64,000 nt of DNA, taken from assembly GCA_022827095.1 (NCBI GenBank), contig JAJDTP010000012.1, positions 31,057 through 95,056 of the forward strand, read 5' to 3'. Under the pieces are notes generated by a model. The model did not search any database. It was not told where the DNA came from and was given only the letters and a program-made list of their open reading frames with translations. The stretch is from Dehalococcoidia bacterium (lineage in GTDB: Bacteria > Chloroflexota > Dehalococcoidia > Lucifugimonadales > UBA3495). Position numbers and translations under genes: made by a program. Position 1 is the stretch's first letter. Each line of letters opens with the position of its first letter. Shown here one piece after another: positions 35,395 through 43,617 of this stretch.

Positions 35395-36204
35395 CTAGAG
35401 TCCCAGCACCGCTTCCAGTCCCACGGTCAAACCGGGCCGGCGCACGACCTCGCGGACGCAGCGGAGCACGCCAGGCATGTAGCAGTCTCTGCCCAAGGTG
35501 TCGTGTCGGATGCTCAAGGTCTGTCCCGCCGCGCCAAAAATCACCTCATGGTGCGCGCTGCGACCCGGCAACCTCAGGCTGTGGATCCCGACTCCGCCGA
35601 TGTCGCCGCCGCGAGTTTCCGGCAAGTGATGGACGGTGGTCTCGTTTCGCTGGAAGTCACTGCCCCTAGAGTCCCGGACGCCTCTGGCAATGGCCAGGGA
35701 AAACCCTGAAGGGGCATCAATCTTCATCTCGTGGTGGGCTTCAACCACGTCGACGTAATCGAAGAATTCGGCTGCCTGCTCTGCCAGTTTCTTGAGCACC
35801 ACCGCGCCCAGGGCGAAGTTCGGCGCGACGATCACGCCAATGCCGTGTTCGCGACTCATCGTGTCCAAAGTCTGCAGTTGGTCGGCGTTGAGCCCGCTGG
35901 CTCCCAGCACCATGTGGATGCCCCGACTGGCGGCCAACGGGGCCGCTTCCATGCAGGCCTCGGCGTGGGTGAACTCGACCATCACCTGCGGCTCAGTAGC
36001 GTCCAGAATAGAGGCTAGGTCGGTGGACAGCGGGACCTCGCCGGCCGACGTGGGCAGCACGTCGCCCCTTGGAGTGTGGCAGGTAGCGCCCACCAAAGTG
36101 ACGTCCTCTGCCGCCGAAACCGCCCGGACGGTTTCCGATCCCATCCTGCCCGTGGCGCCGTGCACGACCACTGAAATCACGCCATTGTTTGTTGGGATCG
36201 TCAT
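35395..36204 (-). CDS. dapB: 4-hydroxy-tetrahydrodipicolinate reductase
   Basis: It has VHGATGRMG, EAHHEMKIDAPSG and HSLRLPG. Confidence 0.9.
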   Translation of the reverse strand: MTIPTNNGVISVVVHGATGRMGSETVRAVSAAEDVTLVGATCHTPRGDVLPTSAGEVPLSTDLASILDATEPQVMVEFTHAEACMEAAPLAASRGIHMVLGASGLNADQLQTLDTMSREHGIGVIVAPNFALGAVVLKKLAEQAAEFFDYVDVVEAHHEMKIDAPSGFSLAIARGVRDSRGSDFQRNETTVHHLPETRGGDIGGVGIHSLRLPGRSAHHEVIFGAAGQTLSIRHDTLGRDCYMPGVLRCVREVVRRPGLTVGLEAVLGL

Positions 36205-36256
36205 AGCTGCACCTCGCCGTCGATTATGGAATGTCTTTCAGAGATCGTACCGTTCG

Positions 36257-38200
36257 CTAGCCAGTTTCGCCTACGGCGCAGTCGTACCGTTGCAAGCACG
36301 AGTTGACCACGAGGTCGATATCTTCCGCCAGAAGGTATCGGTCGTCGGCTAGCCTGGTTGCAGCCTCCCTGACCTTGAATGCGTACTGCTCCCGGCTGGC
36401 ATAGCGCGATTCGAGGGATGGGCGGGGATCGTAATCAGCGTCGCGTTGGGCCTCCGTGGCCGGGAACCAATGGGTTGAGCCCTGCATCGAAATCAGCTGC
36501 TCGGGAGATCCGGTGTCCGGATGCCGCAGGTTCCAGCCCGTGTGAGTGCCCACTGGGACGGTGAGGTCCGGCAACCGAATACCGGATGCGTCGTTGCCGT
36601 CGGCGTCCGCGGCAGGAACCAGGTGGGTATACTCCCGGCCTTCCCGCACCGGGTAGGACGCGATGCCGCGCTTGGCGTAGGGGCCCACGTCGATTTCGCG
36701 GATGCGCCACAGGCGGTCGGGATCCGGCAGGGTTCGACCGGGAACCGTCACCGAATTGGCCAGATAATCCGCCCCGGATGTCGCCGTGCGGTCGTGCAGC
36801 CTCGGGTACAGGCTGGGCGGCGGCTGGATCCCCTCGGAAACCCAACGGTCCAGGTTGAAGAGGGCTGCCCGGAGCAATGGAATATAGTCCACCGCGTTGT
36901 AGGGATGCATGCCGGTGGATCCGTCCGGACCCTGCCCCACCATCAGGTCGGGGTCGCCCGGCAGATGCTGAGTGCCGGCGAACAGGTACCGCCGCGTCTC
37001 CGGCGCCGGTTCCAGGTCCTGGACGCCGGTGCTGTCGATGTGGGTTAGCGCAGCATCACCGCGCCAGTATTCGGCCGCAGAGTCGGTATAGATAATCTTC
37101 GGCACGGCGTCCAGTTCGCGCAGTCGCCGGAGCAGACCGTCGGTCTGCTCGGTCAGCGGATCGATGAGCGTGTCGTCGGCGAAGGGGAACTGGTGCCCGA
37201 AACCCGGGTTAGATTGGCACGAGGGCTGCGCGAAACGGTGGTTGAACTCTCCCATTCGCCCGCCGGCCACGTGCGGCAGCAAGCCGTCAAACACCGGTCG
37301 GCCGTCTTGGTCCAGGTTCAGGCCCAGGTAGAGCATATGGCGGAGCAGCCGTCCGCATTGCGAAACGCCGTGTCCATAAACGCGCTCGTACCCGTTGTGC
37401 ACCGCGTTGTCCTCGGAGGCGACGCGCAACCAGGTGGCGGCCTCTCTGATGGCCAACATGCCGCAGCCGACCACCACGGGGTTCGCCGCGGTGTAGATGA
37501 CGTAGTAGATCTTGCCCGGCTCGAACCCGGACTCCAGCGTAACGTGCTCGGGGTCGGGAAAATGCCACTGGGATCGTGGGATCACAGTGTCGGGACCATC
37601 CTCCCAATCCTGCACGAGCAGCACGGCGTCGGGGTCATTCGTATCGGCCACCGGGTAGGGCTGATGCTCCCGGTTGGCCAGCAAACGAGTTCTCTCCTTG
37701 AGGTTGGGGCGCATCTCAACGCAGGCCTGCCCGGTTACGCGCTGGCCATCGATGCTGATTCCCGGAGCCTCCAGACCAAGCAGAGCATTGCTACGGTACA
37801 CGTCCCACTGCCAACCGATGGACAGCACGGAGTACCCGTGGCGGAGAAGGAACCCATCGCCTTCGGGAATGGCATCGGAGTCGATGGGCGGCGCCGGCCC
37901 GCGATTGAAAAACGCGATGGTGCGACGCCGGCCCCGATTGACAACTTCGACGATCACGCGACCGTTGCCCTTTGATGGATCCCGCGGCGCTACCAGAGTG
38001 AAGTCAGACTCGAACCGGACGCATCCGTCGCCGTCCACCGGGGCGTATTCCAGGTCGACGATGGCCGAGTTGGCCGGGTTGCCAGGGTCCACCGCAAACC
38101 CCAGTACGCCGTCGATACGCTCGTAATCGCCGGTCGCGCCGAACATGGCGCCATCTGCGTACGGCTGGCGGGTCTTGATGTCAACAGAGACAACGGGCAT
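36257..38200 (-). CDS. large conserved hypothetical protein, possibly alpha/beta-hydrolase-like (tentative)
   Basis: The clean ORF is 647 aa, with a GGAGGAA SD before ATG 38200. HGVSQCGR resembles a nucleophile-elbow region. No confident family assignment was made. Confidence 0.6.
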   Translation of the reverse strand: MPVVSVDIKTRQPYADGAMFGATGDYERIDGVLGFAVDPGNPANSAIVDLEYAPVDGDGCVRFESDFTLVAPRDPSKGNGRVIVEVVNRGRRRTIAFFNRGPAPPIDSDAIPEGDGFLLRHGYSVLSIGWQWDVYRSNALLGLEAPGISIDGQRVTGQACVEMRPNLKERTRLLANREHQPYPVADTNDPDAVLLVQDWEDGPDTVIPRSQWHFPDPEHVTLESGFEPGKIYYVIYTAANPVVVGCGMLAIREAATWLRVASEDNAVHNGYERVYGHGVSQCGRLLRHMLYLGLNLDQDGRPVFDGLLPHVAGGRMGEFNHRFAQPSCQSNPGFGHQFPFADDTLIDPLTEQTDGLLRRLRELDAVPKIIYTDSAAEYWRGDAALTHIDSTGVQDLEPAPETRRYLFAGTQHLPGDPDLMVGQGPDGSTGMHPYNAVDYIPLLRAALFNLDRWVSEGIQPPPSLYPRLHDRTATSGADYLANSVTVPGRTLPDPDRLWRIREIDVGPYAKRGIASYPVREGREYTHLVPAADADGNDASGIRLPDLTVPVGTHTGWNLRHPDTGSPEQLISMQGSTHWFPATEAQRDADYDPRPSLESRYASREQYAFKVREAATRLADDRYLLAEDIDLVVNSCLQRYDCAVGETG

Positions 38201-38429
38201 CACGTTCCTCCAGGTAAACGGCTCCGATGGTGGGATGTTAGCAACCCGCCGGATGAGGGTCAAACGCGGACGGAAGTTTACCGGTTAGCGTTAGTAGTAC
38301 CTTCCCCAACTGGGTAGGTGGTCAACCATTGCTAGCGGATTGCTTGCAAGACCTATCGGTGAAAATCTGTTTGATCCAGACACATGGGCTAACCTACATG
38401 TTAATCACATGTGTTTCAACGATAACGGC

Positions 38430-38438
38430 TGATATAAT
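38430..38438 (+). promoter_or_regulatory. extended -10 promoter element upstream of the NuoE-like gene
   Basis: The element is TGaTATAAT. There is no good -35. A nearby repeated ACATGT-TAATC-ACATGT may be an operator. Confidence 0.4.
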
Positions 38439-38462
38439 CCCGCAATGGTGGCCGGAGGAGAC

Positions 38463-38972
38463 ATGGGACGCCGGCGGCGTGGCAGTGAAGTTGACCCGGC
38501 GAGCGACGGGACTGCGGACGCCGAACGCCGGGAGCGTCAATCCGGCCTGCGCCGCGCGCTGCGATCTCAATTCCCCGAGCGCAGCCGGGATAACCTGCTC
38601 CCGGTGCTGCATTTCCTGCAACACGAACACGGCTATCTGCCGGAGTGGGCGTTGCAGGTAGTGGGCTGGCATTTGCGCGTGCCGGCCTCCGAGGTTTATG
38701 GCGCGGCCACCTCCTACACTGAGTTGCATCTCGAACCTCCAAAGCCGCGCGACATAGTTGTATGCACCGGCTTAGCGTGTTGGCAATCGGGCAGCGAGGA
38801 ACTGCTGAACGCGGTCCTGCAACAGCCGGATCCTGATGAAGCTTCCAACGTGACCACCACCGCTTGCGCTTTCATGTGCGGGTTGGCTCCCGCCGTTCGG
38901 ATCAACGGGAGTTGGCACGGCCGCGTGCACGCGGAGCGACTGACCTCCATAATCGAGAACGCCCCGCTATGA
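38463..38972 (+). CDS. NuoE-like [2Fe-2S] thioredoxin-fold ferredoxin subunit
   Basis: It has VCTGLAC (C-x4-C) and ACAFMC (C-x3-C), plus LLPVLHFLQHEHGYLP. The start is either SD-led ATG 38463 or a possibly leaderless ATG 38445. Confidence 0.8.
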   Translation: MGRRRRGSEVDPASDGTADAERRERQSGLRRALRSQFPERSRDNLLPVLHFLQHEHGYLPEWALQVVGWHLRVPASEVYGAATSYTELHLEPPKPRDIVVCTGLACWQSGSEELLNAVLQQPDPDEASNVTTTACAFMCGLAPAVRINGSWHGRVHAERLTSIIENAPL

Positions 38973-40585
38973 CCTCTCCGGATTGCCGGCTCGCCTGGCA
39001 AGCGATGCGCGACGCCGCGCTCCAGCGCCGCGTCGGACTGTCCGATATGATCCGCGTCGTGGTGCAGTGGGGCCATTGCAGCCAGGCGGTCGGGGCGGAC
39101 GATGTCCACCGACGGTTGGCGCAATTGTTTCAAGGCCGCGACGACGTGGCCGTGGTGGCGGCCGGCTGCGATGGGGCGTGTTTCGCGGCGACGCAGGTTG
39201 CCGTGGAACTGCCCGACGGCACGGCACGGTTTTTTGACCGCGTCGCCGGCGACGGGGATATCTCGGAGATCGTGTCGGCGGTGGATGGCGGCGCGCTTGA
39301 CCACGTACGCCTGCAGGGTGATCTGGAGGCCTTTTTCGCGGTGCAACACATCGCCCTGATGGAGGGCATCGGCAGCGTGGATCCCGTTTCCCTGGACGAG
39401 TATGTGGCCGGTTCCGGCTACATGGGGCTGGCCGATGCCCTGTCGATGCCCCCCGAGGCGGTTATCGCGTTGGTCCTGGAAGCCGGGCTGCTGGGACGCG
39501 GCGGCGCTTATTTCCCGGCGGCCCTCAAGTGGCAGGCGGCGCGGCGGGTCAACGCGGCGCGTCGCCACCTGGTGGTCAACGCGGAGGAAGGTGAGCCCGG
39601 GGTCTTCAAGGACCGGCACCTGATGGAGGGGAACCCCCACCGCATCATAGAGGGGGCAGTCATCGCAGCCTACGCAGCAGGCGCCGGAAATGTGGTGATC
39701 TACATCAACGCCGAGGCGGATCTTTCCGCGGATCGCATGGCGGCGGCCCTCGAAGCTGCCGAGGCCGCCGGCCTTGCCACCGCCGACGTGCTGGGCAGCG
39801 GCTTCGACTGTGCGTTGACCATCCGTCGCGGCGCCGGGGGTTACGTGTGCGGTGAAGAGACCACGCTGCTCAACACCGTGGAAGGTCGCCGGCGGGAACC
39901 GCGCTTGCGTCCGCCGTTCCCCACGGATGCCGGGCTCTACGGGGAGCCAACGGTCATTAACAACGCGGAGACCCTCGCCAACCTTCCCGCGATTTTACGC
40001 GGCGGCGCCCGCCGGTTCGGGTCGATTGGCCTCAACGAAGCGCGAGGTACCCGGCTGGTATCGCTGAGTGGTGCGGTGCGGAGGCCGGGCCTGGCCGAAG
40101 TGCCAATGGGCACCACGGTTCGGGAGGTCATCGACCTCGTGGGCGGAGGCGTCCCCCAGGGCCGCGCCATAGGGTTTGCCGCGGTGGGTGGACCGTCCAG
40201 CGGCCTGCTTCCGGCCAGCGAGTTGGACGTGCCACTGCGCCCCGGAATGCTTCACGCCAGCGGCGTGGTAATGGGGGCCGGGGGCATCACCGTCTTCGAT
40301 GACCGGGCGTCGCCGATACAGGTGGCGGCGCGCCTCAGCCAGTACAACGCCGCCGAGTCCTGCGGAAAATGCACACCCTGCCGCGAGGGCACTCCTCGGA
40401 TCGCGGAAGCATTGGGGCGACTGGCCGCCGGTGAGCCCGGGAACTCTGACCTTCGGGATCTGCAAGACCTGGCCGAAATCGTTGGGGCCGCTTCCTTGTG
40501 CGGACTGGGGCAGATGGCCGGCAATCCTGTAACCAGCCTGCTGCACTTTTACGGGGATACTCTGGGCATAGCGGCCAACGAATAG
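38969..40585 (+). CDS. NuoF/HoxF-like NAD(H)-binding FMN and [4Fe-4S] flavoprotein subunit
   Basis: It has GRGGAYFPAALKW (FMN), VVNAEEGEPGVFKD and ESCGKCTPCREG...ASLCGLG. The start forms an ATGA overlap with the upstream gene. Confidence 0.85.
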   Translation: MTSPDCRLAWQAMRDAALQRRVGLSDMIRVVVQWGHCSQAVGADDVHRRLAQLFQGRDDVAVVAAGCDGACFAATQVAVELPDGTARFFDRVAGDGDISEIVSAVDGGALDHVRLQGDLEAFFAVQHIALMEGIGSVDPVSLDEYVAGSGYMGLADALSMPPEAVIALVLEAGLLGRGGAYFPAALKWQAARRVNAARRHLVVNAEEGEPGVFKDRHLMEGNPHRIIEGAVIAAYAAGAGNVVIYINAEADLSADRMAAALEAAEAAGLATADVLGSGFDCALTIRRGAGGYVCGEETTLLNTVEGRRREPRLRPPFPTDAGLYGEPTVINNAETLANLPAILRGGARRFGSIGLNEARGTRLVSLSGAVRRPGLAEVPMGTTVREVIDLVGGGVPQGRAIGFAAVGGPSSGLLPASELDVPLRPGMLHASGVVMGAGGITVFDDRASPIQVAARLSQYNAAESCGKCTPCREGTPRIAEALGRLAAGEPGNSDLRDLQDLAEIVGAASLCGLGQMAGNPVTSLLHFYGDTLGIAANE

Positions 40586-40653
40586 CCGTTTGCTTGAAAT
40601 GGGCGCCCGTCTTTATCCTGTAGCCAGTCCACCCCGACGGCCTCGTGTGTGAA

Positions 40654-41340
40654 ATGGCAAACGACATACTGGTGATCGAAGACGATCCGGGCATCTCCCG
40701 GATTGTGCGCCTATACCTGGAGCGCGACGGGCACAACGTTACCACCGCCAGCGACGGCGTATCTGGCCTGAGCGCGGCCCGCATCGACAGTCCCGACCTG
40801 ATTGTTCTTGACCTGATGCTGCCCCGGCTGGATGGCATGAGTGTTTGTCGGGCCCTGCGTGAGGAATCGGATGTGCCCATAATCATGGCCACCGCCCGCG
40901 TCGGTGAGGACGACCGCCTGGCCGGCCTGGATCTGGGGGCCGACGATTACATCGTAAAGCCGTTCAGCCCCCGGGAACTGGCGGCCCGAGTTCGGGCGGT
41001 ATTGCGTCGTACATCACGCCAGATCCCTCCCCAGGCGGATCGGGTCGAATTCGACGGCATCACCATCGATTTCAATACTCAGACGGTGATCCGGGGAGAT
41101 GAGAAACCGTCACTCACGCCCACCGAGTTCAGGTTGATTGCGATGCTGGCCTCCCAGCCGGGCCGCCCGTTCTCTCGTGACCAGATCATCGATGCTGTTT
41201 TCGGCTACGACTTTGACGGGTACGACCGGACGGTGGACGTGCACATCGCGAATCTACGTCGCAAGATTGAGCCGGACGTGCGCAAACCGCGCTACGTCCA
41301 GACCGTCCACGGCGTTGGCTATCGGTTTGGCGATGCGTAG
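40654..41340 (+). CDS. OmpR-family response regulator
   Basis: It has a receiver domain (ILVIEDD, DLIVLDLMLP, KPF) and a winged helix (TVHGVGYRF). Confidence 0.9.
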   Translation: MANDILVIEDDPGISRIVRLYLERDGHNVTTASDGVSGLSAARIDSPDLIVLDLMLPRLDGMSVCRALREESDVPIIMATARVGEDDRLAGLDLGADDYIVKPFSPRELAARVRAVLRRTSRQIPPQADRVEFDGITIDFNTQTVIRGDEKPSLTPTEFRLIAMLASQPGRPFSRDQIIDAVFGYDFDGYDRTVDVHIANLRRKIEPDVRKPRYVQTVHGVGYRFGDA

Positions 41341-42784
41341 ATGGCGTTTCGGCCTGCGGTGGCGACTGGCGCTGGTGTTCGCCGTCATCCTCGCGCTGGC
41401 GCTGGGGTCGGTGGCTCTGTTCACCGGAAAGGTGGCCGAGCGGGAAGTAGCCAATGTCCAGGAGGGGCAGGACCGCGTGCGCGCGAACCGCATTGCGGTG
41501 GCGTTGACGGAATACTACGAAACCAACGGCAACTGGGACGGCGCGCAAAGCTTCGTTCGCCGGACCAGTTTCCAGGCCGAACGGGACATCATCGTGCTCG
41601 ACGTAGAAGGCAAGGTGGCCGCGGACAGCACAGTCCGGAACGGTCGACGGGGAGGCCGCGAGGGTCCGGGCCGGTCATTATTCGACCGTCTCGACCATCG
41701 AGATCACCCCGTGCCTCCCGAGTACTTTGTCCCGATATTCGCCGGCGGGTCCCAAATCGGTTCGGTAGCGGTGGCCGCACGGGGTCGCGGCGGCTTCGTT
41801 CACCCACTGCGCTTGCATCCGGACGGAGACGTGCCCCCGGGGGCAGAGCCGCCGTTGACTCAGTTTGCCGAAGCCGTGACCAGGACGCTGATTATCGCCG
41901 GTTTGCTGGCCGGCGCAGTGGGTATCCTGCTGGTTATCCTCATGTCTCGGCGGATGCTCGCGTCCATTGGCAGTCTGACCCAGGCGGCCCGCGAACTTGG
42001 AACCGGAAATCTGTCCAGCCGGGCGGCGGTGCGGGGCAACGACGAGGTGGCGGAACTCGGTCATGCTTTCAACATCATGGCCGACGCCCTGGAGGATTCG
42101 GAGCGCCAGCGCCGCAACATGGTGGCCGACGTCGCCCATGAGCTGCGCACTCCGCTCACCAACATCCAGGGTCACATCGAGGCCATGCAGGACGGCCTGA
42201 TTGCGCCCGACGCTGAAAGCCTGGACACCGTGCACCGCCAAACCCTGCACCTCAACCGCCTGGTGGAAGATCTCCGATTGCTCGCCGCCACGGAGTCGCG
42301 AGACTTTGAACTTGCCCGGGAACCGGTCTCCGTGGCCGATATCGTTACCCAGGTCGCCGAATCCTTCCGACCCCGAACCGAGGCTGCCGCGGTCGATCTC
42401 GTGGTTACCACTCCCGACTACCTGCCCACCCTGGACGTGGATCGACTGCGCATCGAACAGGTTCTGGCCAATTTGATGGACAATGCCGTTGCCCACACTC
42501 CGCCGGGCGGCACGATTACCCTTGCCACCGAAAACACCGGCGGCGACGTGCGAGTGTCCGTGTCCGACACCGGCCCGGGCATACCAACGGATGCGCTGCC
42601 CCGCGTGTTCGACCGGCTGTACCGCGTTGATCCATCCCGGGAACGCGACACCGGCGGCTCCGGCCTGGGCCTTACCATCGCCCGGCAGCTGGTGGAAGCT
42701 CACGGCGGGACCATCTGGGCGGAGAACGCCGAGGAATCGGGCAGCAAGTTCGGGTTCGATTTGCCCATCTCGCCAGATTCATAA
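41333..42784 (+). CDS. sensor histidine kinase (TM-sensor-TM-HAMP-HisKA-HATPase)
   Basis: It has the H-box VAHELRTPLT, the N-box LMDNAVAHTP, and the G-boxes DTGPGI and GGSGLGLTI. The start ATG 41333 overlaps the regulator stop. Confidence 0.9.
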   Translation: MRRWRFGLRWRLALVFAVILALALGSVALFTGKVAEREVANVQEGQDRVRANRIAVALTEYYETNGNWDGAQSFVRRTSFQAERDIIVLDVEGKVAADSTVRNGRRGGREGPGRSLFDRLDHRDHPVPPEYFVPIFAGGSQIGSVAVAARGRGGFVHPLRLHPDGDVPPGAEPPLTQFAEAVTRTLIIAGLLAGAVGILLVILMSRRMLASIGSLTQAARELGTGNLSSRAAVRGNDEVAELGHAFNIMADALEDSERQRRNMVADVAHELRTPLTNIQGHIEAMQDGLIAPDAESLDTVHRQTLHLNRLVEDLRLLAATESRDFELAREPVSVADIVTQVAESFRPRTEAAAVDLVVTTPDYLPTLDVDRLRIEQVLANLMDNAVAHTPPGGTITLATENTGGDVRVSVSDTGPGIPTDALPRVFDRLYRVDPSRERDTGGSGLGLTIARQLVEAHGGTIWAENAEESGSKFGFDLPISPDS

Positions 42785-42870
42785 TTCCTAAACATCGTCG
42801 AAATACCCTGCACCTCGTAGCCGCCGGCCCACCGGGCAACCAAATCATAAGGGCGGCAACGGAGGTCATA

Positions 42871-43500
42871 ATGCTCAACAGGATCAAGGGAATTCGCAAA
42901 CGCTGGTTCGTGGTGGCCGCGTCGGTGGCGCTGCTTGCCGTTGGTCTGACGTTCGGCACCGTGCTCGCGTCCAACGCCAGCCTGGGCGGCAAATTTGGGG
43001 AGGACCGTTATTATGACCAACGAGGGGGCAACCACTTCAGGAACAACGACGCCTGGTTGAACCGGGTGGCGGAAATCCTCGGCGTCGAGCGCGCCGATCT
43101 GGACAACGCCTTTGCTACCGCCTCGGACGAGCGAGCGAATGCCAAGTTCGAAGGTTACGTCCAGGGTTTGGCAGACGACGAGACCATTACCTCGGAGCAG
43201 GCCACTGCGGCCAATAACTGGTTCGACGAGCGGCCCGCCAACTCCGGCCCGCTGGCACTGCGTCTCGCCGGCACTTCCGATTCCGACAAAGTGGACAATT
43301 TCCTTGCCAGGCTGGTGGAAAACGAAAAGTTGACGCAGGACGAGTCCGACGCCCTAGGCGCTTGGCATGACAATCGCCCCGATTCACTGCCCGAAGCCTC
43401 ACGCGGTGATGGTCGCCACGGCCACGATGATGATGATGAGGACGACGACAATGATGACCATCGCGGTACCCGCTGGGGGAAGTATGGCCACGGCGGCTAG
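42871..43500 (+). CDS. membrane-anchored/secreted hypothetical protein with internal repeat and Asp/His-rich tail
   Basis: It has an N-terminal anchor (WFVVAASVALLAVGLTFG), two copies of a T-x-[ED]-[QE]-x-x-A-x-x-x-W-x-D-x-RP motif, and the C-terminus GRHGHDDDDEDDDNDDHRG. Confidence 0.6.
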   Translation: MLNRIKGIRKRWFVVAASVALLAVGLTFGTVLASNASLGGKFGEDRYYDQRGGNHFRNNDAWLNRVAEILGVERADLDNAFATASDERANAKFEGYVQGLADDETITSEQATAANNWFDERPANSGPLALRLAGTSDSDKVDNFLARLVENEKLTQDESDALGAWHDNRPDSLPEASRGDGRHGHDDDDEDDDNDDHRGTRWGKYGHGG

Positions 43501-43532
43501 AACACCTTCCGGGAACTATCATCCGCTGATCC

Positions 43533-43558
43533 GGGGGCAGTCCGAAAGGGCTGCCCCC
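43533..43558 (+). terminator. GC-rich hairpin after the Asp/His-rich protein gene
   Basis: The stem is GGGGGCAG...CTGCCCCC with a GAAA-centred loop, followed by TTGTGG (a weak T tract). Confidence 0.45.
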
Positions 43559-43617
43559 TTGTGGTAAATTACTGCCACCGTATATTCCAACAACATCCCC
43601 CGGGAGGTCGCCGCTCT

